NCBI GenBank assembly: GCA_965655095.1 | Contig: OZ296648.1 | Location: 100,998,001 to 101,062,000 of the forward strand | Source of the DNA: Haplodiscus bocki | Taxonomy: Eukaryota | Reading direction: 5' to 3' | DNA length: 64,000 bases | In this document: positions 37,241-50,849 of the stretch, piece after piece | Numbering within the stretch: the first letter of the stretch is position 1 | Layout of the letters: each line of letters opens with the position of its first letter | The notes under the pieces: model-generated | The model's input: the letters and a program-made list of their open reading frames with translations, nothing else | What the model was told of the DNA's origin: nothing | The model's database searches: none | Translations under genes and position numbers: made by a program

Positions 37241-38039
37241 GAAAATCTTTTGTAATAGTAGTTTGTGGCATTCTCGGTTTATCAAGGTTTTTGCCAAAGT
37301 TTGTTTGCCTTGAGGCCCTGCAAACGAAGATTATGAACTAAAGACGGGATAGTAATTGCAGGAGAAACTTTTTTTCTCTAAGGAGTTTTTAAAAATGAAG
37401 ATCTTCAAGATTTTGGGCGTTTTGGGGAAAGTCAGTTAAACCTGAAATTCTTTTGGAAAAGATTAGTTAAAAATGAGTTCTTTCATTGAAAATTCTCGAC
37501 GAAAAAGTGAATGAAAAATTACTGTCTTTCAGTGTAAATTCTCGACGGAAAAATAACCATTTTATCAAAAATTTGTGAATAATATCGAAAAAACGTTATT
37601 TTTTGCGTTGAAACTTCGAAAAGTGTATAGTATTACCTGAAACGCTTTAAAAACAGCTTGCAGAGGTATTGGAACCAGCTACGTAACCTCAGGCAGCAGA
37701 ACACACTCTTTTATGCTTGCGGCCAAAAGTGAAGACTTGCAGTCTTCCATGTAAATCAGCTGACTACCAACTAAAATCTGCGAAAAATAAAGTCTGCGTA
37801 TCATGGGCAATTTCCGGTAGAGGAGGAAAAAACTCCGCTACTGAATTGAATTTTTTGCTTTCGAATTTTTTTTCGAAGGAAAATTACAAGGGTTTTCAGT
37901 TAACTATTAGCTTCGTGTCTTCAATAATTGCTGACAGTGTTGCCTCAACTCGGCATATTGTCTGTAAAAATCAGTTTTGTTATTATTTTCATGCATTTTG
38001 ACAACTCCTGCTATCCAAATGTGTGATTGTTTGCTTTAG

Positions 38040-38197
38040 CTGCCACAAGCTTGCGCAGATGTGCCGCTCAGCTCAGTCAAACAACCCCGATGATCGCATT
38101 TCAAGGAAGCATTCCTTTGAGTGGGAAAAGAGAGGCTGTGATTATGGCTTTCCCATTTCTTGCTACAATGTTGCGCTTTATTTAACTACAAACAATG
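38040..38197 (+). CDS. COA7: COA7-like, coding exon 2
   Basis: Acceptor tttgctttag|C completes AGC and gives YGHSCHKLA (cf. COA7 DSCYKLG); contains RGCDYGFPISCYNVA; donor AATG|gttcgt, phase 1. Confidence 0.8.
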
Positions 38198-38659
38198 GTT
38201 CGTACCCAATTCAAAAGTAACGCTTCATTTTTAGGATCTTGGAAATTTTTAATTTTACGCAGTACTTATTGTTACTCCGCTTTCGTTTTTTGACGCTTTT
38301 TTCGCACGGCATTTTGCAACTTTTTCCAAAATAATGACTTTGGTACGAGACTGGAAAACATGTTGAATTTCAGAACGCAGCAAAGCTGCGTGTCAGTGCA
38401 GGCGAGACCAAATGGACCATCATAGTAGCGGTGAGAGCACGCGAATCAAAGAAAAATTTGAAATTTTTCTTGTTCCCCAGTCAATATACCTAAAAGTGTA
38501 AGCCTCGAGACATTTTGATTTCCTTTATCCTAATTTGCTGGAAAACGGGATAAATGTTGGAGACCTTATGGCTAGCCCAAAAATTTTCCGAAGTCCTGTC
38601 CGCCTTTATGCTATGTTTCAAAGTTGTTTTTCAAAGATTACTGGTTGAATTGCGGCCAT

Positions 38660-39030
38660 ACACTGCTCATTGGAAAGCCCGCAATCTGAAGAGTCTGGCG
38701 AATAGTAGGGAAGTCCTGTTAAATATTTCTCTCGAATTATCTTGACTAGTAGTTTGAAAATCGCCATTTTTTCACTAGCTGCTTTATCCAAAACTCTTTT
38801 TCTCGAAGAATACCGGTTGGGTTGCTACCATCGTGATTACTAACTCAAAAAGTGAGATTTTTTTTGAACAATAGAATTTTCACTTTTTTAAAGTGGAAAC
38901 GTTTTCTCTGTAAATTTTGCTAAAAAGAGGAGTTCAGAAGACTCAAGTAAGCAATCTCAGTCGATGCGCTGCTAGTTGATGCAGTTTCTCATCGTCGTCG
39001 GAAGTCTGTGCGAAGCAAAGTATCGCCTCT
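38660..39030. repeat. Dispersed repeat, copy 1 (copy 2 at ~45743-46100)
   Basis: acactgctcatt.gaaagcccgcaatctgaagagtctgg... shared over ~370 bp at high identity, same orientation. Confidence 0.85.
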
Positions 39031-39199
39031 TCGTCATTTTTTTTGCAACTGTTTGAAAATACTTGTTAGCTATCTTAGTAGGAGGAACGGTATTCAATTT
39101 TTTTCCTAAATAGACATGATGTTCCATTGTTGTTTCGTTACACTTGCGCAAGTAATTGTTGTATCTTAGGGTTTCGATTTTTTACGATCCATTGTAAGT

Positions 39200-39520
39200 C
39201 CCACAAATTCCTAAATATTGACCAAAGAGATGAGAATGTCCCAGGGTGGAACCTGGGAATTTCGCCCTCAGTCGCATGCTCTGCCGGCTGTGCCATTGCC
39301 GTTTGAGGATTAGTATTGTTTTTTGAAATATCAAACGAATTATTCTGGCGTTCATTACTTGTATGTAAAGGTAGAAGAAATACCTGGGTTTCTGTACACT
39401 TGTTATCAGTGGTATCAGTAGTAGCATGGCTCTTTCAAAACTAAAATCTTTTCAGTCGATTTATTCACTTGTATTCCGTTGGCGCAAGTGTTGCGAAGCA
39501 CAGCTTTGCCTCTGTGCATA
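39200..39520 (-). repeat. Dispersed repeat resembling a decayed exon-intron-exon unit (other copies ~56860-57180, ~61920-62245, partial ~62815-62910)
   Basis: Shared ggcgcaagtgttgc.aagcacagctt and tttctgtacacttgttatcagt blocks. Confidence 0.7.
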
Positions 39521-41849
39521 TAATTGGCAAAAGAGTTCGGAGTGCATAAATCGGCGTTTAAGTTCTCTGTGACATCCGACCTCTTAGAAGAAAAGAAAAT
39601 GTCAAATACATCCAAAGTTCCGTAATCGTAGTACGTTTCTGAGTCACCTCCCAAATATAGTTCCATGTCTTAACAATTACCAACAGTCCGCCCCTTTTTG
39701 CGCTGTAGAACCTTGAACAAGGAAATTTTGAAAATCTTTGTCATGTAGCTTTTTTGAGCCGGGATGCAATCCCAGAAAATGTGGAGTATTTGTGGATCCA
39801 TTTGACGGGGAAACGTTTGATATTTTCATGAGAGTTTTTACTGAATTGTTATCAGATTTCTCATGGGCGTTTCTGTTTTTTTCGCAAGCTTATCGTAGGT
39901 TGCTCAAACGCTTCCCAGTTTGTCTCGCAAATATCCGCACTTAATAATGCTCTCGAAGCTTGAATAAATCCAGCGAATATAGAAGAGAAAGAATGATACA
40001 GGGACTTGAAAACAAATTATACGAAAATAAACAATGTGGTGAGTAAAACAATAGAAAATTACAATATGATCATGTTTCCGTGTTTTATTTATTCGTAAAT
40101 AAATCTGTTTTTTCAAGGTTTGTAAGCACGTACGAAAAGTAAATAGCTCCTGGGATGTTAGCCTTTAGAGAATTTTTAACAAGTTATAATTCAGAAAATG
40201 AATCAACTAGCGATATAAAAATACAAGAAGAGCTAACGAAACTATGGATTGTTTGATACTGGTTTATGTATTTATATGAGATGGTGAACATTTAGCACCA
40301 CCTGGAATAATTAAACTTTGTACAACTGACGCAACTCTATCTTATATTCAATATTACTTTGATCATATGATTGAGCTTGACCAAAAAATATACCAATTCA
40401 TCTTCAACTAAAACCTGAGCATGATAATTGTATCTTTTCTAAATACCGAATTGAACAGATTGATCTTTAATATTCAAGGTACTGTTTATATATTCTATCC
40501 CTATCGCAAAAAATTGCATTCAAAATGGTGTTTTGAGCCTATTCTACCAAATAAATGTCGAATCAAAGATTCGAGTTCACTTCGCTAATGAGTGGAAGAA
40601 AAATTAAAACTTTTGGAATTAAGTTCAACTCGAAGGAAACGATTTTCAAACAATCAATATACAATAACAATGAAAGAAGTAAAAAAACATTAACAGAAGA
40701 ACGCAAACAGTTTCCAGATGACTTCGAGTTTTGTTAGTTTTCAGGGTTCAAATTGACCTTTCTCAATTCAATCCGACGGATGAAAAGTAGTCTCTCCTAG
40801 AGATAGCAATCCAATTAGTAGGAGAAAATACGCATACAAAACCACAAGAGATTTTGGAATTTAAAATGAATAGATAGACCTAACGAGATTTTCTGTGGTA
40901 TTGCATTAGCGCTTGCAGCAAAATGGATGGCAGGATTAACAAGTTTACAATACTGTTCGTGATATATCCCATAAACACGATAAACTAAAACTTCAAATTC
41001 CAGGCTTTTTATGAACGAAAACCAGTTGATATTAGTAATTACAATTGCGGGTTTCTGCTGACTTTTCCCCCATATGTTCAGAACTCGGATATTTGCCTAC
41101 ATTCTTATGTTGCGTACATTTTGTTCTCGTGCTCTCGCACAGTTGCAGAAGTTCGTTCGCATGGCGTAGTTTCCTGCATGCTCAAAATACAATGCAAATT
41201 ACCTGCTATAGTCGTTTATACTTGTAACTATTGTGTGTGTGTGCGAAAAAATCCATCGAAAAGTTGTCGGCCCATAGCCAAAATTTTGTATGTCACAGAC
41301 CAGCTGTCTTCATTGAGCCCATGCAAAATTCAATCTTCTTGGAGCCCTACATGTAGAAGCAAATGACTTGCGTTACAAATATCGTCAAAGTAGCCAAAAT
41401 TAGTTAGATTTTAATGTTTCTTTCGCAAAAAGCTCGAAAAATTGTTGGACCGCAAACAAATTTTAGTATGTGATGAATATAATCTCCTGGTTAAGCATTT
41501 GCAAAGCTCAGGCGATTTAGAGCCCTACATACGGGAACAAACTACCTATTATATGACAAGTATCGTCAAGTTGACGAAAATGGATCGCTTAGCAAGTTAG
41601 TCATTTCAGAAATAAATCATGAAATGTGTTTACGAAAAGAAAATAAATATGCCCTAAGTTCTTTGATGACCAATGAAAGTAAATCAATATTATTGAGATT
41701 GAAACCGGAAACTAGGTAAACTATAATATTCATAAACGTTTAGCGGCTTCCGTATTAATTTTTCTTTCGCATCTGTGTTAGTAATATTTTTAATCAAATC
41801 GATTTTATAAGATGCATATTCTATAGCGTCTACATCTTTTTTAATGGCT

Positions 41850-42350
41850 GTCATAGCTAGACTGCCGGCTACCACCGGCATAATTTGCGCCTTCCCATTT
41901 TGGTAAAGATGCCTTTTCAAAAGAAGAAATCGTTTTTTCTTCAAAACACTCTTTATTCTTCATATTTTCTAATTTTTGCAACTTCAAAAATTTTCTGATT
42001 GTTAGTCAAAAGTGGAAAGACATTTTTCAGAAATTTTACCATTTGAGACGCATTCTACAAAAAAGTTCCACTTTAGTGATTTTGAAAAAATTCAAAGTTT
42101 TTTTTTCGAAAAAAAACATCTATTTTTCCAAAAGAAACCCAAAATTTTGAGCGTTTTGAGAAATCTTACTATTCCAGTCGCATTCTACGGCAAATTTGCT
42201 ACAATTTGGTAAAAAGAATTTTTCAGGTTCAGAATTGTGATCGAACATCGTTTAACGTGCGTGAACGCAATTGGCAAACATCGGGTAAAAAACGCTTGCA
42301 TTTGAGTGGATGATTTTGTTCTCAAATTTAGAATTATGGCTCAAAATAAT
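41850..42350. repeat. Dispersed AT-rich repeat (related copy at ~58585-58880)
   Basis: gccggcta.cac.ggca...taaagatgc.ttt...aaaattttctgatt...catttga.acgcatt.taca shared between the two loci. Confidence 0.65.
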
Positions 42351-43552
42351 AATTTGCTTAAGGTTTTTAAGTAGTTCGGATGCATATTATAAAAGTAGTT
42401 CCATTTTTTGACTCAAACAATTTATCGTTTCTTGATTCAATAGATTGATACTTTGAAGGAAGTGGATTTTTCGAACAATTTCTATAAAAAAACTTCTCTA
42501 TCAGAAATTATATTCTCTATTTTTCCATTCTCAATTAGTTTTGAATAATACTTAACATTAGTTTCACTATTCCTATTTTCTAAATTAGTTCTTTCATATG
42601 CTTCTTTCATGTTAATATTCATTCAAACATTTTTCATCAACGGCCCAGAGTTGTTCTCAATAGTGTCCTCGGCGGCTTGCGGGTTAATAAGGACAGTTCT
42701 AGTTGTTCAGTGATGTCTTCTTCGAGAATGTTGTAATGTGATTTTATTGTGCGAACCTGCGGCTCCTTGGAAAAAGACAGAAAAAGACATTAATCTCAGT
42801 TTCTTCACGAAGTCTTTCATTTCATCCACACATTTTACTTTGGTAGGCTTGGGAATATTCTCATCAAAAACACACTTCTTGTTTCCTCGTGCAAACCGAG
42901 ATTTTGTTTCTCCTTCCTTCTGCCTTAACAACCCTTTCTATCTTTAGGTGCGAGGCACTTTTCCACAACAACAGGTTTACCAAAGAAATGAGAACATCTT
43001 TTCTTGTTTTTTACATGTGATCGTTTTGAAAAATATAAACGCAGTGTGCATAAATTGTGAAAGGGAATTAATTTCTGAAATCAGTTTTCCCTATTTAATA
43101 CCGACATTTTTCATGCCATATAGCTTTATGTTTAAAATAAGACCGGATAACGGAGAAAAAAAATCAAAGTAGAACTGGCCTATATGAGCCAAAAAAAATT
43201 TCTTGTTTTTGAAAAGCTTCAAATCAATAGGTTGAGAAAACGACGATTTGGAAGCGCATATTTTGTCTGAAGAAGTGGATTAAAAATTGGGAGATGCCCT
43301 TCGAAACATCCCAAAAATGTGAAAAAATATGAGGGCCGTGCAATGTTTCAGTATAACGTAACAGAAAGTTGTAGCAAAAATACTAAACGATGTCCTAGAC
43401 AATTTTTTTCGGTGATTGGTAGGGCTTAAAAAAGAGCCGGAAATTCATAGGATAATTTGTCATGGCTACTTTGAATAGAAAACTCTGGGAAATTATAGAA
43501 ACATTCTCTCTCAGGTATTCGTTTTGAAAAATTGATGCATTTTCTTTTTCAG

Positions 43553-43845
43553 GCGGCAAAATACCCAAAACGGCATTCGATCTATTTGTGAAGACTTGTC
43601 GAGGCGGTCAGCCGCCTCAGTCGTGTAATCGTGCCATTGAATATTTGCAACAAAATAATGCATGGAATGCGGATTCGTTAGAACTAGCCAGAATTGGATG
43701 CGAGTTCAACGAGAAGGTAGCATGCAAGGCTGGCGCTGATATTTTGAACTTGGGATTGGGAGGAACAGCCGTGAACAAAAGAAGGGCCAGATATTTTGAA
43801 AAGAGGTTGAAGTACATTGAAGCAGCTTCTTCCGTTACAAACTGA
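43553..43845 (+). CDS. COA7: COA7-like, terminal coding exon
   Basis: Acceptor tttctttttcag|GC (phase 1); AFDLFVKTCRGG..QSCN and ARIGCEFNEKVACKAGADILNLGLGG match the last two COA7 Cys-pair repeats; AATAAA at 44039-44044. Confidence 0.8.
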
Positions 43846-45742
43846 GATCTGTTTTGAAAACGGTCAACAACACAAATGATTTTTGTGGAATATGATAGTT
43901 CATAATATGAAATCAAATACAAATATGTAAGCTTCCTGGCGAACAACTTGGAGTCAATTTTTGTGCTAAATAGTTTCACGATGATTCAATTAATACTTTT
44001 GGCTTTGTATTGTTTTTCTCATGAAAGCTGTTTGGACAAATAAATCGATTTTATTTTCTGTCTAAAGTTTCAAAGCGCAGATTCAGCTCATCATTTTTAA
44101 GCTAGCAACGCCTGCTTATTACGGTTTGTGTTTCTTTTTCGTCTGGCTGTTGACAACTTGCATTGATTGCAAATGGCGAATATTGCAAACATATATTTCC
44201 ATGTTTCGGTTACAGTGTAAAGCTCAATGCTCAAAGTGCATTGAGCAGTGCTGTCCTAGTTGCAGTTCGCTATTTCTAATTCAAGTTGGTGTAGCCCAAA
44301 AACTTGGCCGAGAGCCGGGGATCTTCATTTTCATTCCTTATTCGAAAATATTTAATTTTGATATGAAAATCTTTTTTTCCACTGGAATAGCCTCTTTGAA
44401 AATAAATTTCTTGACAATATTGTCCCTTCTGCAATTTAAGAACTCCAATTGAAGTACTGGCTGCCTGGAAAATCTGCTTGAAACAATGGTTGTCCAAATT
44501 TAAACTTTATCTGGTAAATAATCAGCTAAAATGATCAAACCTACATTCAGCAGATTTATGTTTTCGATGTAGATTTTAACGAATAATACTGCCGGGGTTT
44601 CTTTAGTCATTTTTAGTATATCGGCTTTTTAGAAAATTACTGGGAGCTGGATTTCTCCGTTCTTAGCTGAATGCTCGAAATGTTTCGAAATTAAACGTCA
44701 AAAATTACTTCATTTTTGAGCAGAATGATATTTTTGAATGAGATTTCCCTGGGCACCATTTATTGGATTGCAACCCTCCTTTTTTTCACTGGAACTTCTC
44801 TCAAACAGAAAAGTGTGCCAAAGCTTCCATTAACATAGTTTTTGTGAAAAGTCTAAGTCTGAGCTTCGACTTCTTGTAACAAAACAACAGATTCGTGATT
44901 TAGAAACTGATTTTCAGAAGATAAACTGTCCACTTCGCATCTGTGTTCAAAGTGGATATTTTCGTACAACTTTGTTTACAGGACCCATTGGTTAGGACAA
45001 AAGAGTTTCAAAGTCAGGTATTTCTTCATTTTCGATTGTTTACTGTGCAAATCTCTCAAAAATTGGGCAGCAAAATGGCGTAAGTTAAAAAAATACATGA
45101 TTGACATATCAACGTTTTGAAAGAGATAGTATAGTTGGTGTTAGTTCATTATCGCGTTGTTTACTGTGCAAACCTGTTGATAGTGGGGCACCAAAATGGA
45201 GTAATCTAAAAAGACATAATTGACACAATTTTTTTTGAAACAGTATGCAGTTGCTTGTTGATTTTCTCGTTTTCTGCTTTGCAAACTTCGTAATTATTCG
45301 GCTGCAAAATGGAGGACCTAATAAGTCATGATTGATAAGATCACACTTTCGCAATATGGGACCTTGTGACAGCTACTTGTCTCGATTTGTCTTCTCCGAA
45401 CAATCTTTTGATTGATTGACATATCGTTGAGTATATCGATCTTCTTTTCAAATGTCTTTCCGGATCTTTGATCGCAACTGACATGTTAGAATATGTTGCT
45501 AAATTCTGCTTCACCTCTGTGTTCAAATTTGGTTTTCCAGAAGAGTACTTGTCGGATTGCGCACATCTAGGGCTCATTCAAAGGCTTGCAATGTGGAGAA
45601 TCGGTAGAGAAGCCAGTCAGCGCCCTTTACATATTTTTTTGATGCAAAATATGTTGGCTTGTAATTTGAGACTCGGATCTTTTCAAATGCGTTCTTTTTC
45701 AAAATGGTTCTTCCCATAGATTACTGGTTGAATTAGGGTAAT

Positions 45743-46100
45743 ACACTGCTCATTCGAAAGCCCGCAATCTGAAGAGTCTGGTGAGTAGTAGGGAAGTCCT
45801 GTTAAGTAATTCTCTCGAATTATCTTGACTAGTAGTTTGAAAATCGCCATTTTTTCACTAGCTGCTTTTTCCAAAACTCTTTTTCCGGTTGAGTTGCTAT
45901 CATCGTGATTACTAACTCAAAAAGTAAGATTTGTTTTGAACAATAGAATTTCCACTTTTTTAAAGTGGAAACGTTTTCTCTAAATTTTGCTAAAAAGAGG
46001 AGTTCAGAAGAATCAAGTAAGCAGTCTCCATCGATGCACCAGTAGCTGATGCCGTTTTTCACCTTCATCGCAAGTGTATGCAAAGGACAGTATCAGCATT
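45743..46100. repeat. Dispersed repeat, copy 2 of 38660-39030
   Basis: Direct sequence match. Confidence 0.85.
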
Positions 46101-46489
46101 GTGTCACTTTAGTGAAACTATTCAAAGATCCATTTGATTGGATTGATGTCGCAACCTTGTTTAAGATGGATACCTCTAAGGTCGTGAAACTCTAATGGCC
46201 TAACCTATCTGTGGGTCAGTTGTTGGTTTTTATATGTTTCACTCATTCGCTGTCAGATCTGAGCGTGCAGCAGACCGAGTAAGAAATCATGCATTCAGAT
46301 TATTGTTTCCCCTGTCTCGAAACTTTGGTGCACGGATCTATTTTTCAAAAAAAGTTGATTTAGATCAGTATAAATGCATTTCGAGGCTTTATTACCTCGT
46401 CGTCAGTAAAAGAAGATCTGTTTAGTCTATCACAACAATTAGGATGTGATGAACGTATTAAATAGATCTTGTTAACATTCTGACTGAAA

Positions 46490-47400
46490 GTAAGAATGTG
46501 TATTGAAACCGGTTTGTCCCCAGTTTTTTATCCGGTTCGAAACTTGCATTTTTTTGACGTCATCAGAGAGTCTAGTCATCTATTGTGAACGGTCATAAAC
46601 GGCTTGAACTTCAGTATAGCGTGTCCGAAAATGTAACATCAAATCTTAAAATAGCAGATATTTGTAAGGAAAACACAAAAAACGTCCAAAATTCTTTCAA
46701 GCAAGAGATCATCCCAATTGGCACTACAGAATGTAAGTAAGTGAGTTCTGGAGATAAAAATTGTCCAAACTTTGATCCGCCACCTTGTGATTCGGAATAT
46801 GTACGGTAAAATCTTCTCTCGTGCTTCACCGCCAATGGGGCAGATAAAATTATGTGGCAGTCTCGCCAGTGGACTGCATGCCAAAACGTTTCCAATGCAG
46901 TTACCTGCAACGTCTCATGTGGGTAATTTTTCCAGATCGCACAAGCACTTCGACGTGCAAGTGTTGCATTTACAGAAAAAGATCCGGAAAATAATTGATT
47001 TGTTGGTTGTTTTTATACATTCTACTGAAAAGAAGCATGTGCATTGAAACCAGCTTATGCCGTTTTTTATCCTGTTGAAAACTTGCATATTTTGATGTCA
47101 TTGGCGAGTCTAATCATCTAATGTGAACCGTCAAAATGGTCTCTTTATGGCATGTACTTGTTCAGTTTCGCGTTTTTTGCCGTGCAACCTGAAAAAATGG
47201 GCAACAAATGGTATGGCGTTACTTGGCGTAAGACGTGATTGATTATCAAATTTTCTAGTAAGAGGCCTGTGACACGTACTTGTCTCAATTTCATTTTTTC
47301 GAACAAACTGTCAATTGACCGCTGATGTAGCATTTCTAAAAGTATCAGTCACATCTCCGATCATAGTTTCTCATGTCTTTTAGGATCCGTGATCTCAATT
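46490..47400. repeat. Dispersed repeat family, two adjacent copies (third at ~60145-60505; fragments at ~45020-45220)
   Basis: atgtg.attgaaacc...ttttttatcc.gtt...gagtcta.tcatcta.tgtgaa at ~46496, ~47037 and ~60151. Confidence 0.7.
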
Positions 47401-48228
47401 GGCATAACTGATGATGACGTAATTCACGAAATGCATTTTATCCTGATTTAATTGCACTTGCGCAGGCAAGTGTTATATCAGTCTTCCAATTCTTTTTTCC
47501 AATCCATTCACAACTCTCATTTGTGCTTACATTCTAATGTTGCCTAGATTTTGTTCATGCGCTCTCGCTTTCTCGCAAAAATTTGTTCTTGCGCTCTCTT
47601 GCAGTTGCAAAAATGTGTTCACGTGGCATATTTTCAAGGTGTTTTAAATATAAAGCGAATTAATTGCTTTAGCAATTCGTATTTGTTACACTTCGCTCTC
47701 TCAAAAAATCAGTTATATTTGTTCGATTTGCTTACTAGTTTTATGTTGCTGCAAATGTTGCCAAGCACAGCTTCGCGTCTGTTCAATTTAATTTGTACAC
47801 GTCGGATACACTCATTATCCTTTATAAGAACATTTTTATTGGAATCTAGACTCATTTGTTCTTGTCAAAAACAGCGACTTAAGCCTCAGTTGTTCTTAAA
47901 ATGTTCTTAGTGTACATATATCACGTAATTATTGCTCAGCGTGTGAAAATACTGAATTTCGACCAGCAAATTCTACTGCAGCTACTAATTAGTACTGTTC
48001 AGCGACTGCTACATGTAATTCAACTAACAAAATTATGCCGCTGCTAATTTTCTGATGCCATCGGATAAACAAAAACTGTATTTCATTAAAAATTGACGTT
48101 GGAAATCCAGAATTATAATTTGTCTGATAACCCTTTTTCGATAATTTTGAGCCTGAATTGTTCTTGAGTGTTCTTAATGAAAAAAAAAATTCAGACCCTC
48201 ATGTTCTCATAGAATTGTACTTATAAAA

Positions 48229-48314
48229 GATAATTTAAATAATTTAAATAATAATTTAAAAATAATTTAAATAATAATTTAAAAAGATAATTTAAATGAG
48301 TGTATAATTTAAAA
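48229..48314. repeat. AT-only short tandem repeat (ataatttaaa)n upstream of MRPL38
   Basis: About seven imperfect copies visible. Confidence 0.8.
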
Positions 48315-48378
48315 TGATCTATATTTCATTGTTCATTTTCCCCCTGGAATTTAATGAAGTTTTTCAGAGCGTTTTGCG

Positions 48379-49683
48379 ATGAAAAGATTCCGAGCAGATC
48401 AACTCTGTAAATGTATGTCATTTGGTATTTCAAAGTATCAGTCCTATTTTCTTGCTTCTAAATTCCAGCCGAAACCCGAGAAACAAAATCTATCGTACGA
48501 GGAATACCGAGCACACCCTTCGGAGCGCCTAAAGCATCACAAAACGAAAAACTTGGAAAATGTCACCGCTCATGGTGAAGCGATTAACATTGGATTTAAG
48601 GTGGTTTTGAAGGAGTTTCAAGTACCTCAAAAGACGAAAGAAGAATTACGCTCTCTTGAGGAAGATTCGCGTTTGAACAGAATGAGCATTGATACCATTC
48701 AGGCTTTCAAAGAATTTTCTGAAAATGAAAATTGCGCCGAAGTCATGAACCTTTTCCGTTATTACGATATTTTCACTGACCTCTTTTTGGGTGCTGAGTT
48801 CATACCTGTAATGCCTTTGAAGGTTGAATTCGGACGGAATAATTTCGCCTTTTATGGGAATGTTATGAACCCACAAACCACAAAAAACCAGCCAAAAGTT
48901 AGCTTGGGTTTAAATCAGCAGTCGAAAAGTTTTTATTGGTCACTGATTATGACGTGCCCCGATGAACATTTGACCCAAGTTGATGGCGAATATCTGCACT
49001 GGGCTGTTTCTAACATTCAACACCATGCCTCTTCAAACGAAGGCACGTTAAACGCGTCTTACCTTCCACCCATTCCGTATCGAGGTACTGGATTTCACCG
49101 ATACGTCTTGTTGGCGTTCCTCCACAAGGAAACAGTAGACTTGTCTGAATTTTTGCTGTTGAAAGACAGCAGTGATCCTTTGGAGTCGCGATCTTTTTCA
49201 AGCATGAAATTTTATCAACAGCTTCAAGACAAGATAACCCCATTGACTGCTTCCTTTTTCCAAGCTCAATGGGATGCATCGGTCACAGAAACTTTCCATG
49301 CCAAATTGGGTCTGAAAGAACCGGGGTTTGAATGGGATTCTCCGCCTCGGTGTATACCTCCTTATGAAAGATTCCCTCGGTTCGCGGACATCTCTTATTT
49401 CGAGCAATACCATCCTTCTTTTTATACCCGCACTGAGAAGAACAGTTTTATCAGTGGAAATTGGGACAAGCTGTGGAATACTACCAATTATTGGAACCAT
49501 GTTGCTGACTCTTTGGAAAAATTGGAGCTGCAGCGTAAAGAAAAGGTGTTCAGACAAGATTATTTCAAAGACTTGATTTCCGAAGAAGCTGCCTACGAGA
49601 AAGAATTAAGTGAAATTTTGAGACAGTATCGACATGAAGAATTTCCGCGACGTTTAAGGCCCATGCAAGGGTTACTTTATTGA
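48379..49683 (+). CDS. MRPL38: Mitochondrial large ribosomal subunit protein mL38 (PEBP family), 434 aa, uninterrupted CDS
   Basis: YYDIFTDLF, FYGN, WSLIMTCPDEHL...EYLHWAVSNI, YLPPIPYRGTGFHRYV, RSFSSMKFY, FFQAQWDASV..FH..LGLKEPGFEW. Confidence 0.93.
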   Translation: MKRFRADQLCKCMSFGISKYQSYFLASKFQPKPEKQNLSYEEYRAHPSERLKHHKTKNLENVTAHGEAINIGFKVVLKEFQVPQKTKEELRSLEEDSRLNRMSIDTIQAFKEFSENENCAEVMNLFRYYDIFTDLFLGAEFIPVMPLKVEFGRNNFAFYGNVMNPQTTKNQPKVSLGLNQQSKSFYWSLIMTCPDEHLTQVDGEYLHWAVSNIQHHASSNEGTLNASYLPPIPYRGTGFHRYVLLAFLHKETVDLSEFLLLKDSSDPLESRSFSSMKFYQQLQDKITPLTASFFQAQWDASVTETFHAKLGLKEPGFEWDSPPRCIPPYERFPRFADISYFEQYHPSFYTRTEKNSFISGNWDKLWNTTNYWNHVADSLEKLELQRKEKVFRQDYFKDLISEEAAYEKELSEILRQYRHEEFPRRLRPMQGLLY

Positions 49684-50849
49684 TAACTAGTTTAGTTGGA
49701 AGTTTTAGGAAACTTTGTCAAATGCGAATGTGAAAACAAATTAATTCAAACTGATTTGACTTACTTGTCTCCAGAGTTTTGAAGATTATGAGAACGTTTT
49801 TGTCGACAGACTTGTACAACCGTGAAGAATCTTTCAACAGGCAATAAAAAGTGACGTTTCAGAATTGAAACGCGGGGATTTCGATAACTTGTTTGAATTC
49901 CCTTGTTCAATAACACCGATAACTAGGATGACGAATAAATTTATCTATATTTATATGCTGATCAGGTATCCTTATTTTTCAGGGCTTTTTTCTCATATAT
50001 AGGATTACTCGGTTGTTATTTTGTTTTTTTTTACGCCTCGGTCTGCTCTGTATCAGAAAAATTGTGTGCAATACGTTTTGGAACAAAAATAAAATCGCAA
50101 CAAAGCTGCCGAGGAGTAATCAAAATTTTTTTTTTGCACTTAAAATGGTTTTCTCGACTTACTTATTAGACACCTTTTGAACGGATCATGGAATTGTTGA
50201 CCGTATAAGGGTGGTCAGACCGTTCGAACAATGGGTGCGGTCGCGGAAACCAAAGCCTAAAAATAGCCTATATTTAAATTCAAATTCTGGAAGATTCAAA
50301 CTTTTCTGGAGCTACTGCGTAATTTTCGCTGTTTACATATTTTTTTAAATATCGAAGCCTAAAGTGAAGCTATCATTTGATAGAACGTAATCGTGTCCGT
50401 TTTTTTCAGACTTGGCAATGTGACTATGATGCCAGAATCCGCTGATGTTAAGTTATCGTTTTTCAGCTCCGTGAATTGATGAAGCTGTGCTTCCGCGTGC
50501 ACATCTTGTGGTTTTATGTCAGTGTTTGCTCTATTTAGTGCTTAGTGCGTAAGCTTTGCCCGCGTGATTTTCAGAGTGTCGGACGAGTTATCTCTTCAAG
50601 TCGATTTTTTTCTGTTCCGAGCTCAATATCCCGCCACTTGTGTGATGGATTTTTCTGCTGTAGAAGCGTTATAAGACTAATCTACCAGATACTAAATTTT
50701 GACGGTTTTCTTGCGAAACTTAAAAATCGAATTGTGGCTACTTTGACAAAACTTTGTCATAAGCAGTCGTTTAGGTCCGCATTTAGGCGTCCAAATTGCC
50801 TAAATTTTTCAAAGGTTTGACGGGGAGACGACGTTCTGTGGCATTGTAA

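Noticed and set aside
48646-49576. ORFs overlapping MRPL38 in other frames or antisense
   Set aside because: Shadow ORFs of the real CDS
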